DNA of 20,000 nucleotides from Mesotaenium endlicherianum (Eukaryota). The notes under the pieces were generated by a model. That model saw nothing but the letters and a program-made list of their open reading frames with translations, was not told the origin of the DNA and ran no database searches. The translations under genes and the position numbers were made by a program. This document shows, piece after piece, positions 9,927 to 19,960 of the stretch. Each line of letters starts with the position of its first letter. Position 1 is the stretch's first letter. The stretch lies in NCBI GenBank assembly GCA_009602735.1, contig WELA01001035.1, positions 66,252 through 86,251 on the forward strand, read 5' to 3'.

Positions 9927-12900
9927 CGCTGCTGGACCCCACCCCTTCTTCATTAATGGCTACCAGGCTGCAGCCAGCTGGAGCTGCTTCTGATGTTTGT
10001 GGCCTGCCGTGGCGTGCCTCTTTTTGGGTTTTATTTTCTGGCCCTGTTGGTAGGATAATGAGGGGGCCTACTGACACCTTCCTCTCTGGGGCTGTGTGTG
10101 AGTGTTTGTGTGTGCTGACAGCGAGCTGGCGCTGCACATGTTTGTAGCATGCCGGGGCTTGCCTGTGCTCGTCAGCTTCCTGGAGACCGACACGTCCAAG
10201 CACAGGTGCGCTCACTCTCTGGTGCTGCATGGGCATCTTTGGCAGACCCCTCTTTGCCCCCCTCTTCTCATCAGGAACTTGATGACTGGCATGCTAGGCC
10301 TACGACTCTGTGGAAGAGAGGGAGGCCTGCGGGTGTGACAGAGGGCTCTGTATGGGTGACGTCAGCCACGCCTGTCTCTGTGAGGGTGCCTTGCCATTCA
10401 AGCTCCCCCTTTCATTACGAGAAGGGCACTGCTCAGGCAGAGAGAGGAGTATGGGGTGGTGGGGAGGTGCAGGGAGCTGGTGCGCATAGGGCTGGAGGGG
10501 ATGGCGCGCCTAGTGGAGCAGCGTTGCGCGGCCCCCCGCAGCGACCTGTGCTGCATCCTGGCCAAGAGCGGCGCGCTGTTGCGCCTGGCCAACACGCTGC
10601 ACTCCCTCTGCTCCCCCGTGGACCCCCTGGGCCTTCCTGGGTTGGGCTCCAAGTCCAGGACTTTGCGTGAGCAGCCGTGGCCGCACTCCCCCCACATCCT
10701 CCAGCCTCCAGCTCTTTCTCTCTTCTTTCTCTCTCACCCACACACACTCACCCGCACACTCTTTCTTTCTCCTTTTCTCCCTTTCTGAAATCAACAAACT
10801 GGTGCACATACTCTCTCTCTCACGCATATGCATGCACCTAGTATGCCGCTGAGGGCCTGGCCTCCCCAACCTGCTGCCTCCTGCCTGCCCCTGAGGCAGT
10901 TACCCTTTGTGTGGTGTACCCAGCGCTGCTACCCTTTCTTCTCCTCTGTGCATACAGTGCCATTGTCTTCCTTCGCACAGCTTGCCGCTGCTGAGACATG
11001 CGCCTGTTTGTTTGTCTGCCTTTGCCTGTGTCTGCGCAGCAGAAGGGGGCGAGAAGGGGGCTCCCCTTGTGAGGGGGCTGTCGGTGGATGCGGTGCCGAC
11101 GCACAGAAGGGGCACCAGGGGCAGCTCTGGCGGCTCTATGGGGGGGGGGCCTACCGACTTCACTTATCCCATCATGCCTGTTGCACCGCCTCCCTCTTCA
11201 AGGAGTGGCAGCGGCGGGTTTGGGGTGGAGCCTGTGCTGAGCGAAGAGGAACGGCTGGCCTTCATGGGGCGCGCGGCGGGGCTGCTGCTGGCCATGGTGC
11301 GCGGCGACGACGTGGTGAAGGTGCACATGTGCAGCCAGAGCTTCCTGAAGCGGCTCCTGGACCTGCTCGACAAGCTGCCCCCCACCATGCTCCTCAAGGT
11401 GCTGCTCTCGCGGCCCTCCCCCCCTCCTTCTCTCCCTCTCACCCCCNTGCGGCTCTTATGTCTCGTGCTCTCGTCCTCTTCCCTGGCATGTACTCCTGTG
11501 TGTGTCGATGCGCAGATGTGATGCGTCTAGTCTGCTTTCCCTCATGATGACCCTTGCGCGCTCGTGTTGATGGGCATGTGAACTCTGCAGTGCTCACATT
11601 TTTGGAAGAGGAGCTCCGCAGGTCTACTGACGGCAGTTTGCACCACGTTCCATGTCTGACTGCACCCACACTGACATGGGGGTGCATGGAGTGTGTGCAG
11701 ATTCTGAGGTGCATAAAGCAGCTGTCGGCCGATCCCAACGCCCTGGAGCCCCTGCAGCGTGCGGACGCCATCCGAAAGCTGGTGCCCTTTTTGGAGCAGC
11801 GTCCCGGCGGGAACACATCGGAGATCCACTCGCAGGTATGTGCTCCTGCTCGAAGGCCTCAGCAAGAAGGCCGGGCTTCTGTTGTGTGCATAGTTGCTCC
11901 TTCTTCTCTGTCCCGTCACGTGCTATCTGCAAGCCTGTCATTTGGTTTTAGAGCCCGATTGTCCTTTTCTGGATGAGAGCCTGTATTTGGATGACTGAAT
12001 GGCTGATGCTGGGCAAACTGAGGCCCCACCTGCAGGTCTCAGGTCTCTCGGCGATAGGCGGCAAGGTCGTTGGCCACCTTCATTGTCACGTATGTAGGCA
12101 GTTGTCATTGAAGCTTCGAGTGAGATGAAATCCTTGCAATATGCATGGTCCAGGTGTACTTGCAGTGCGTCCAATGGGCCACAGTGTTGTCGGTGCGCAA
12201 TTGCTGACTGCCCGCCCTCCACAACCTGCCGTGCCGTGCCGTAGCTCGCCATTCATTTTCAGCGACTAGCTAGAGTTTAGGTGGACTGAGCTTGAGCCTG
12301 CGTGTGCAATGGGGCGGTGGTGGGGGGGTGGCAGGTGCTGAGCGCGCTGTACAACCTGTGCAAGATCAACCGGAAGCGGCAGGACACGGCGGCGGAGGCT
12401 GGGATCGTGGCGCCGCTGATGCAGCTGGTGGCGCAGGCGTCGCCACTGCGTCAACTGGCGCTGCCGCTGCTGTGCGACATGGCGCACGCCAGCCGCGCCA
12501 CCCGCGAGGTGCTGCGCCACAACCACGGCATCGAGCTGTACCTGAGCCTGCTGGGCGACGACTTCTGGGCCGCCACGGCGCTCGACTCGCTGGCCACGTG
12601 CCTGGCGCAGGACACGGAGCAGCGCCGCGTGGAGCACCGCCTGCTCAAGCGCGACGCACTTGACGCGCTCGTCGCCTTCTTTCGCGCCGCCAGCGGGCCA
12701 TCTTTTGCACACATCCTGGAGCCCTACCTCAAGATGATCACGTGCGCCCTCCCCTTTCCTCTTCCCCCTCCCCCCCCTTTTCCCTCCCCCCAAGCTCCGC
12801 AACTGCTGTCCCTGCCCTCCCTGCTCGCCCTGCTCTCGTGGTTCTGGCTTGCTCAGCGGTATTTCGTGGACGCGTGAGCTGGCAAGGACTACATTGGTGG

Positions 12901-14025
12901 CTTTTTGGTACTGCCCGTGATGTCGGCTGACGGGAAGCATGGAACTACTGCCGTGGCATCAGCTCGTCCTGTGAGACCTGCAGGTGCAGTCGGTATCTGC
13001 ACCACTCAAAAACGGAACTTGGCTGGCACTTCTGCCTCTTGCCTGTTACAGGCGAGGTGTGGGTGGCCCTTGCATTGTGTCCAGGTGTCTGGTGTTTGAA
13101 CTTGCTTGGAAAGCCGCCTGAGGAGCAGAATGTAGAAATGCAGCCTTGCCACTGCAACAGATGAAGGTATTGACCTAAGCAGGAGTCCGGTTGTGTGTCG
13201 GGTGCGCAGGCGCTCTGTGCGGCTCAATTCGGCTCTGGCAGTGTCGGGCCTCACGCCGCTGCTCGTCTCGCGCCTTGACCACAAAGACGCGATCGCTCGC
13301 CTGAACCTCCTCAAGATGATCAAGGTGCACCCTGCTCCCTATCGCTTGATACCCCCTCTTTGGCGTGTGAGCGCGCCATTTGTTATTCAGGGGGAACTTT
13401 GCCACGTGCAATCTGTTTTCTGTTTGTGGTCCTTAGCCTGGCCAGTGCTGAGTCATCGTACACGCAAGCTTTACAAGAACCATGTCATGTCATCTTTCAT
13501 GTGCCCTCTGTAATTGAGCTCCACACTGTCGTAACTGCATTGTTCTTTCGCGGCCCTGTTGCACGCAGCTACAGGCTTACTTCAAGTGCTAGATTCTGGT
13601 CCATTGAATGTATTAGTTAAAGAATGAGCTGCCACGAGGGCATGAGACTTGGAAGCAGACTGAGCGTCTCCGTGTGCTACTAGTAGCATCTACTTGGTTG
13701 CCTGTTGTGCTTCTGATCTCTGTGAAAGTCGATGGGCAGGCCAGCCAAGGTCGTGTGCGTTTGCTACTGCCATCATGGTTGCTAAGAGTGACTTGCGTTT
13801 TTTCCCTTGCAATTCCTGACTTGTGTTCTTGATTGCGGGTGACAGGCGGTGTATGAGCATCACCCTCGGCCAAAGCAGCTGATTGCCGACCACGACCTGC
13901 CAAGGAAGCTGCAGCAGATGATGGATGACCACCGAGAAGGGGGGGAGCGTTCGGGAGGCCAGGTCCTCGTCAAGCAGATGGCTTCCTCGCTTCTCAAGGG
14001 CCTTCACATTAATACAGTTCTATGA
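4118..14025 (+). CDS. MAP3KE1: MAP3K epsilon protein kinase (Cdc7/Cdc15/SepH family), 24 exons, about 1101 aa
   Basis: Phase-consistent GT-AG exons: 4118-4177, 4278-4412, 4768-4788, 4981-5054, 5256-5346, 5653-5736, 5974-6072, 6443-6574, 6826-6897, 7033-7139, 7268-7338, 7736-7920, 8069-8362, 8697-8741, 8908-9090, 9268-9351, 9591-9685, 10122-10205, 10473-10666, 11040-11398, 11701-11835, 12335-12741, 13210-13324, 13846-14025 (3306 nt). Kinase motifs [23 protein letters not shown] and GTPYWMAPE are intact. N-terminus [12 protein letters not shown] and C-terminus [12 protein letters not shown]...[24 protein letters not shown] are characteristic of plant MAP3K epsilon. Linker exons 11-14 rest on phase fit only. 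Confidence 0.95.
6657..6713 (+). repeat. 10-bp period minisatellite (TTCCAGTnnn x6) in kinase intron 8
   Basis: TTCCAGT recurs every 10 nt six times, with a higher-order 20-mer AGTAATTTCCAGTCACTTCC present twice. Confidence 0.9.
9851..9926 (+). repeat. Poly-G homopolymer (76 nt, N at 9871) in kinase intron 17
   Basis: Directly visible. The embedded N suggests an assembly join, so the length is unreliable. Confidence 0.85.
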
Positions 14026-14914
14026 GGGCGTCTACCCCCCTTGGTTCGGTTCATTCATTTGTTTATTTTTATTAGCAGATTGTTACATCAGATATACCTG
14101 GGAGCCCTTACAGGAGATCTCCCGTATAGGAGGGGCAGTAATGTATTTTATTGCAAAGTCTGTTATACATGCCCTCATCTTTTGGCAAGATGAGTTTTCC
14201 TGCTGTCTACTGAAAGTAATTCAGTGAGCCCGTGATCACTTACAGAGTGCAAGGGCACAACACCTTAGTGGCTGTTTGCGTGCTGTATTGCAATGTTCAG
14301 TGTGTATGTTGCGTAGGCCTGGGTTACTGCAGGTGTGCAATGACGCAGTAAAAGAAGCAACTCCGCAATCGGAGGCCTCCTTCATCATTTATATGAACAA
14401 GTTTTAACAGCCATTGGATACAGAAGCATGACAATGTAACGCAATTTAGAGATCCAGTTGCAACTGGTTCTGTTGAAGGCTGCATCCAACAACTTCTCAG
14501 AACCAGTAAAATCTGGCATTTTCAAGGCTAAAGGAGCACTGGCAGCAGTCTCTTAGCATATCGCCATTCTTATGATGACACAATTTGACAATGTGTTCAA
14601 AATGCCTGATTTCGAAAGAAAGAAGGTGATATTAGAAAGAATAGTGGGAGTAGTAGTATGCTACAAATTGCGTGTCATCCATTCTTGTCTAGTCCTTTCC
14701 TACATGCTGCTACGCGTATCGGTACTTGACTAATCAATAACAATACAAAGAGGTCAAAACAACTATATTCCAACTCCTAACCAACACTATGGATTGGCAG
14801 CTGCATTCTTGCTCTGTTGAGGTTGTTCGTCGAATCGCCGCCGTTGGTTACTACTAATCGACAAAACATATTGTAACCTAACAAACAACAACCACTCTAT
14901 TGTGCATGGCGAAG

Positions 14915-15292
14915 ACTATTGCTGGCACCAACTTCGTTGCCTGCCTCGTGCCTCTCCCAATGGAGTGGAGGGTTAGAGGGGTGGGTAAGTGGGTATGTGT
15001 AGCAGCTACCTTCCTGCTGCAATGAGGCTTCTGTGCAACGAGAAGCCTTATGAAGGTTTTGTTTGTCGATGAGACACAACACGTGTAAAGTCGATCAAAT
15101 TTGAACACTATTGCTGGCACCAACTTCATTGCCCGCCTCGTGCCTCTCCCAGTGGATTGGAGGGTTAGAGGGGTGGGTGGGTGGATATGTGTAGCAACTA
15201 CCTTCCTGCTGCAATGAGGCTTCTTTGCAACGAGAAGCCTTATGAGGGTTTCGTTTGTCGATGAGACACAACACGTGTGAAATCGATCAAAT
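14915..15292. repeat. Tandem duplication, 192-bp period, two diverged copies
   Basis: Copy 1 starts ACTATTGCTGGCACCAACTTC at 14915 and copy 2 at 15107. They align without indels through ...TCGATCAAAT and differ only by scattered substitutions. Confidence 0.95.
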
Positions 15293-15311
15293 AAACACTT
15301 TGTCAAACTTT

Positions 15312-15338
15312 GGTTTGCGACATTTCATGTCGCAAACC
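15312..15338. repeat. Perfect 12-bp inverted repeat with 3-nt loop
   Basis: GGTTTGCGACAT-TTC-ATGTCGCAAACC. Confidence 0.9.
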
Positions 15339-16010
15339 TTCAATTTGCACCAGAACATGTTAGCAGTTGCGAGTGAGATATCAAGGTATTGAATGAACCT
15401 TTTAAACTGCTTCTGCATGTGCATGCAGCGCTTGAGTGCATGGGCCTGACACATGAGTCACTCTTTAGCTGCAATACGACTTGAATTAGACTTTGAGACG
15501 CATTCTGCTCATCAGGGAGTAGTTAATCTTCCATCTGCCTTTGGCTTTGCACTACAAGTTCTATCGCATTGAATCTGAAGATCTACTTTTGCTCATAAAA
15601 GTAGCCGTGAGTACATCAGTGAGCACCCAGTACTTGCAGTTACATGATGCACGTCATTCTACACTAGAAATCACCTGGTATTTGAACCTTCTTACAGCCA
15701 ACACTGGATGGAGGGGTCATCATAGCTGCCACAACTTTTTGACAGAGCTTGGCCCCAACAGAATCCCATAATGGCAACTTCGGCAAGTTATCCAGGCAGC
15801 CATGCATGCCATGACAAACACTTAGTTGCAAAATATGCTGGGCAAGTAAGCCTCCGCAAAAGCGTAGTCCTTGAATACCATGTGCATTCCTCATTGAGAT
15901 CAAAGAGCAATCAAGAAATGCACACCTTTGCAACCGATATCATAAATAACAAGGTAAGCTATCAATGTGAAATAAGGGTGTTATTCTGAAACTAATCTTG
16001 CTACTCAATG

Positions 16011-17607
16011 TCATAGTGACAGTTCAACGAGCCTTCTAGCTGCGGCCGCAACTGCCTTATCGTCAGGAGGGGATTGTTTGGATACTTCCACTAGTTGCTT
16101 CCATGCAAAACGGGAGCGCAAGTCTCTGTGACAGACAACAGTGGGTCAGCGCAAAGAGTGCAAGTCAGCATTGCGAGAGTCAGAATTGCAGAGCTTTGCG
16201 CTCGTGACTTGCTGTAGATTTTGGCCATGTAACTAATGTCATGTAATGTGCACCCCGAGCTCGTATCTGGCCACATACACCCTCTGCTGTAAGTGATGGA
16301 CACTTTGTACCATGAGACAAATAGCACAAAGCTTCAAGCTTCTATACAAACCAAACTACCTGAAGAAACTTTGCTGCAATCGTACAGAAACTCAAGCGCC
16401 AGAGTGGAGAAGTGAGACACACCTGGCAGAAGATCTAAGAGCTGGATGAAAGTTTTCCCCTGAGATAATCTCCTCTATACTGAACCACCTGCACAAGTTC
16501 AAGCAACATAATGTACGAGCATAAGAGCAAGACAGCACGCGTAGAGACGTGCGACACCTGCCCCTCAAGAACCAGGAGGGACTGGAGATGCAGCCAAGTG
16601 TGGTCTCCAAGGATGCAGAGCGACTGCCACGTGTGCCCACAATTGTCTCAAACAGCAGCCTGTATATGCAGACCTTCTCTAGCCCTATGACTTTTGAAGT
16701 CTTCATTGAGCTAAGGCGTTGCATTAGGAACACAGTGAATTTTGCGAAGGCAATGAGGAAGGAAACACCAACACTCACAAACAAACACACATACATGAAC
16801 ACAATAGCTTCTACGTCAAATTGTGATACATGACAATTCAGGTAGCAGATTGATTCAACAAACTTCACATACCCCATTTGTATACGCTCACGCCTGCCCT
16901 CGTTAGTGGGTACTCGGCAGCTGCTTGTGATGTTATGGAGAGTTCAGGTTTTTATTTCCTACCTTATATCGCTGTACTCTTTTTCGTCAAACTTGATGCT
17001 GTCCACCACAGCCTTCTCTAACACCAGAGAGAAGCACGCGGAGATATCGCAGGTGCCATTGTCCATGGGCAACTGCTGCCTTCTTTGCCAGGCGTAGGAG
17101 TGAACTCCAATGAGCTTGATGTCGACGGGATTGACAATCAGGTTGAGCTCTCGCCCAACGAGGCGTGCCACTGACTGCTCTGGGGTTTCCCCGGGCTTCA
17201 TTCTCCCCCCCATGAACCTGCAAGATGATACATTTTAGCAATTATTTGATCATAAAAGCCTTCTCATTTAGTATACATAACACAATAACCACATCCCTTT
17301 GTCCACAGCAGCTGAGAGCTTTGCCCGCTGAGTTTCTTTCATGTGTAAGCTGCTCTATCTTCATTGCGAAACAAGCTAGTATTATATGCTGAGCGACTCG
17401 TGGTTCTCACCACCAGTCAGGCTGAGGCTCGACGATACGCTTTCCTAGTAGAATGTTGCAGTTTGATCCTTCACCATCCAGTATGAAAAGATCTGTGCAG
17501 GCCTTTACCAAGCAATCCAAAGCCAGGCCATACTCCTTGTCTTCTAGAAAAACATTCTGAGACTTAAATTCTCCAGTGACAAAGTGTGGCAGGTGGTCTT
17601 TAAACAT
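16011..17607 (-). CDS. Nudix hydrolase, GDP-mannose mannosyl hydrolase (Gmm/NudD/WcaH)-like, 4 exons, 210 aa
   Basis: Exons 17607-17411, 17217-16963, 16488-16423 and 16125-16011 (633 nt, all introns phase 2 GT-AG). The spliced protein has ILLGKR...PDWWFMGGRMKPGETPEQSVARLVGRELNL, a Nudix box with RL in place of RE as in Gmm, plus EYSDIRWF and NFHPAL blocks. The last exon rests on phase and splice signals only. Confidence 0.85.
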
Positions 17608-18074
17608 ATTGGAATTCTATAGAAATAATAAGAGCGTCAGAACCACCAAAGTGTCCTTTAGGCCAAACACACAGCCTATTGCTGAGGATATGCAATATGT
17701 GCACTTGGAAGCTTTCAAATCAACTATGTGCACTTGGATCCTCAGTGACGCACTCCAGCTGCAAAATTCTTTGAGCAACAGCGGCAAGCATCATTGTGCC
17801 AACTACATGTCTTCAGAACAAGCTGTATACGCTATCGTCAAAAGGTATTAAGATATTAGGAGCAACTATTTGCAGCTTGAGCGTAGCCTAGAAGCCCAAG
17901 CACGATCGAGAGAAACTTGTGAACTGACTTCCCTGCAAGCGAGCCTTCGTGGCGACAATATTAGCAACCAGACACAGTGAAGTTCAAAACATTGTTCGCG
18001 GCCTCTCGCTCTCCTTCGCTTTGCCCCCGTTACACGACCGCTAGTGTGATACTGAGGACCTCTTTAGTGTCGTC
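17608..18074. promoter_or_regulatory. Probable divergent promoter region between Nudix gene and the right-hand gene
   Basis: About 467 bp between opposed start codons; contains a 14-bp direct repeat. Depends on the uncertain start of the right-hand gene. Confidence 0.4.
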
Positions 18075-19481
18075 ATGGATAGTCGTGAAATGAAAGACAA
18101 TACTTATCACAATGTAGTCACTGCTTTCCATCATTGTCCATTCCTTAACTTCTGTCACGTCGTAGTATGTGCGCAATTCTGAGCATTAGATTTCCAGTCG
18201 TTTACGACGAAGCAATGACTGCCTCAATGTCCCTCTCACTAATGTAGTAGAGGACCGTATGTATACTCCACAGGGTCGACCTATGTCGTTTAGGGCGCAC
18301 CCACAGAACAGGTATATGGGTGGGTCCTTCCAACCCGTTTGGCATGTCCGTACTCTGGACCAGGGTCCTTCTGTACGGCCACGACAGCAGCCTCTGGGGA
18401 TTCAGAGAAACGTGGAGCCTTCAGACAGTGTGAATGACCTGTCTCCAGCTCAAGAGCACGAGGAAAATGGCTATGCAGAGCACCGCATGCTTAGAAAACG
18501 TAAGCAGGCGGATGAGGTGGACAATGCTGGAGGTAATCATCCCCCACAGCGTGTGCCAGGGGATGTGGCTCCAGAGGTGGAGCCAGAGGATGACGAGAGT
18601 TGCAGATTTTTGCTGGAGAAGCTCCAGCACATCATGCAGAAGAGACTGAGGTAGGCCTTAACACCTCGTGGCAAGGTGTGGGATATGCAAGGAGGTAAAG
18701 TAATTGGCAACAACACCTCTATTCATGTATATGCGCCTTCCCCCTCCCTCACAACCCAGAGACTCATGTATACATGTACATATACAGAAAAAACAAACAC
18801 ATACATATATACAAGCATATGTTGCATAGGTAAATATATCTACAGAGGAGGAATACTGCTTGGTGTGTCGCTCTGGAGCTGTCTCCATGGTTGGTGCCAC
18901 TACCCCTATTCCCATCATGCAATAGGCTGACCCAAGGCGAGAAGATGAGGATAATCATCGGCAGAAATAAAAACGAGGATTGGATAAGTTGGACTTGTGA
19001 GGCTGGGAAGTTCAAACTTGCGAAAAATATTATCGATCTCGTGAGTGGCTCCTTCTCACTTGTGAAACTTTCCTCACTTCCGAGGCTGGCCTCAACAGGC
19101 ACAGAGTAAATACAGTTGCGCAGTACTCACGTTCCAGATTACCTTCCACTCTGCACATATATGGAGGAAATTCTCATGAGTAGCATGAGGACATAGTGAT
19201 GCATTGAGGATAAAGAGAGGTGCGGGGCAGAGCATGGTGGTCAGTGCAGAAAGAAACGGCAGCTGAGGAAAGGGAGCAGTCCGCTGTAGGAGTGCAGGAA
19301 CGTGGCGGCACTGGAGCGACAGGTGGCAGCTCGGGAGCAGCAGGTGAGGCAGGAGAAGGAGCAGGCCGCTCGCGAGGCGCAGGCCCTGGCTGCCCAACGC
19401 CGCCAGGTGGACGACAGGGCTGAGGCGGCTGCTGCAGCGTGCCTGCAGGCTGACGAGAAGGAGCGCGAGGCCCGCCAAGTG
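18075..19481 (+). CDS. Hypothetical protein with NLS-like basic motif and coiled-coil exon; model uncertain, probably partial
   Basis: Candidate phase-compatible exons: 18075-18113, 18190-18650 (contains RMLRKRK and ends at AG|GTAGGC), 18926-19040 (ends at a strong GTGAGT donor), possibly 19124-19179, and 19298 to about 19481 (NVAALERQVAAREQQVRQEKEQAAREAQALAAQRRQ, strongly GC3-biased). No family recognised. Confidence 0.45.
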
Positions 19482-19956
19482 GCAAGCACAAAATCAGCCT
19501 CTTCTCTGCCCTGCCCTTTGTATGAAACTGACTGGCAGCCAGTTCTTATGCTGACAGTGGTGCACTTGTAGTCCCCAGGAGGGAGGAGGGAGAGGAGGGA
19601 GGGTCATACTCCCACTGCAGAGCCGTGTGGAATTTGCTTCACTTGCTCTCAGTCCCTATTCGTCCTTGTGCGATACCACTCTGGTGAGGCATCATAGCTG
19701 GACTGCCACCTGGCGTCCGTGTCGCCGTCGACTGTTGTCCTTTTCGCAGAGGGGGAATGTTCTGAGCACGACCACTTTCCAATCCCCTTCCAATAACCAG
19801 CAGACAGCTTATTGGCACCACCAACGTCTAAATGTCTGTTGATCCTTCGATTCCAATACTTCTGGTGATGAGGGGCACATGTGTCATGGCTGCCAGGCAT
19901 GGGAGTCGTAGCAGACAGGAGACTTGTGAGCGAGGCTATGTTGGATCAGGTGTTGC

Positions 19957-19960
<4 letters not shown>

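Noticed and set aside
9535..10236. Poly-Gly and poly-Pro ORFs
   Set aside because: They are translations of the intronic G homopolymer.
12266..12940. 224-aa minus-strand ORF
   Set aside because: It is antisense to the GC3-rich kinase exon 22 and has no recognisable motif.
4178..13845. Hairpin introns as introner-type mobile elements
   Set aside because: The introns share no evident sequence similarity or length with each other, so there is no sign of a recent family in this window.
14878..15306. 142-aa minus-strand ORF with an internal repeat
   Set aside because: It arises from the 192-bp duplication, has no ATG at its listed start, and shows no codon bias or homology I can see.
15400..16000. 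Possible extra gene between the repeat and the Nudix stop
   Set aside because: Only short ORFs; my attempts at phase-consistent splicing hit stops.
18766..18842. AT/AC-rich low-complexity patch
   Set aside because: It is degenerate simple sequence inside a probable intron with no clear unit.
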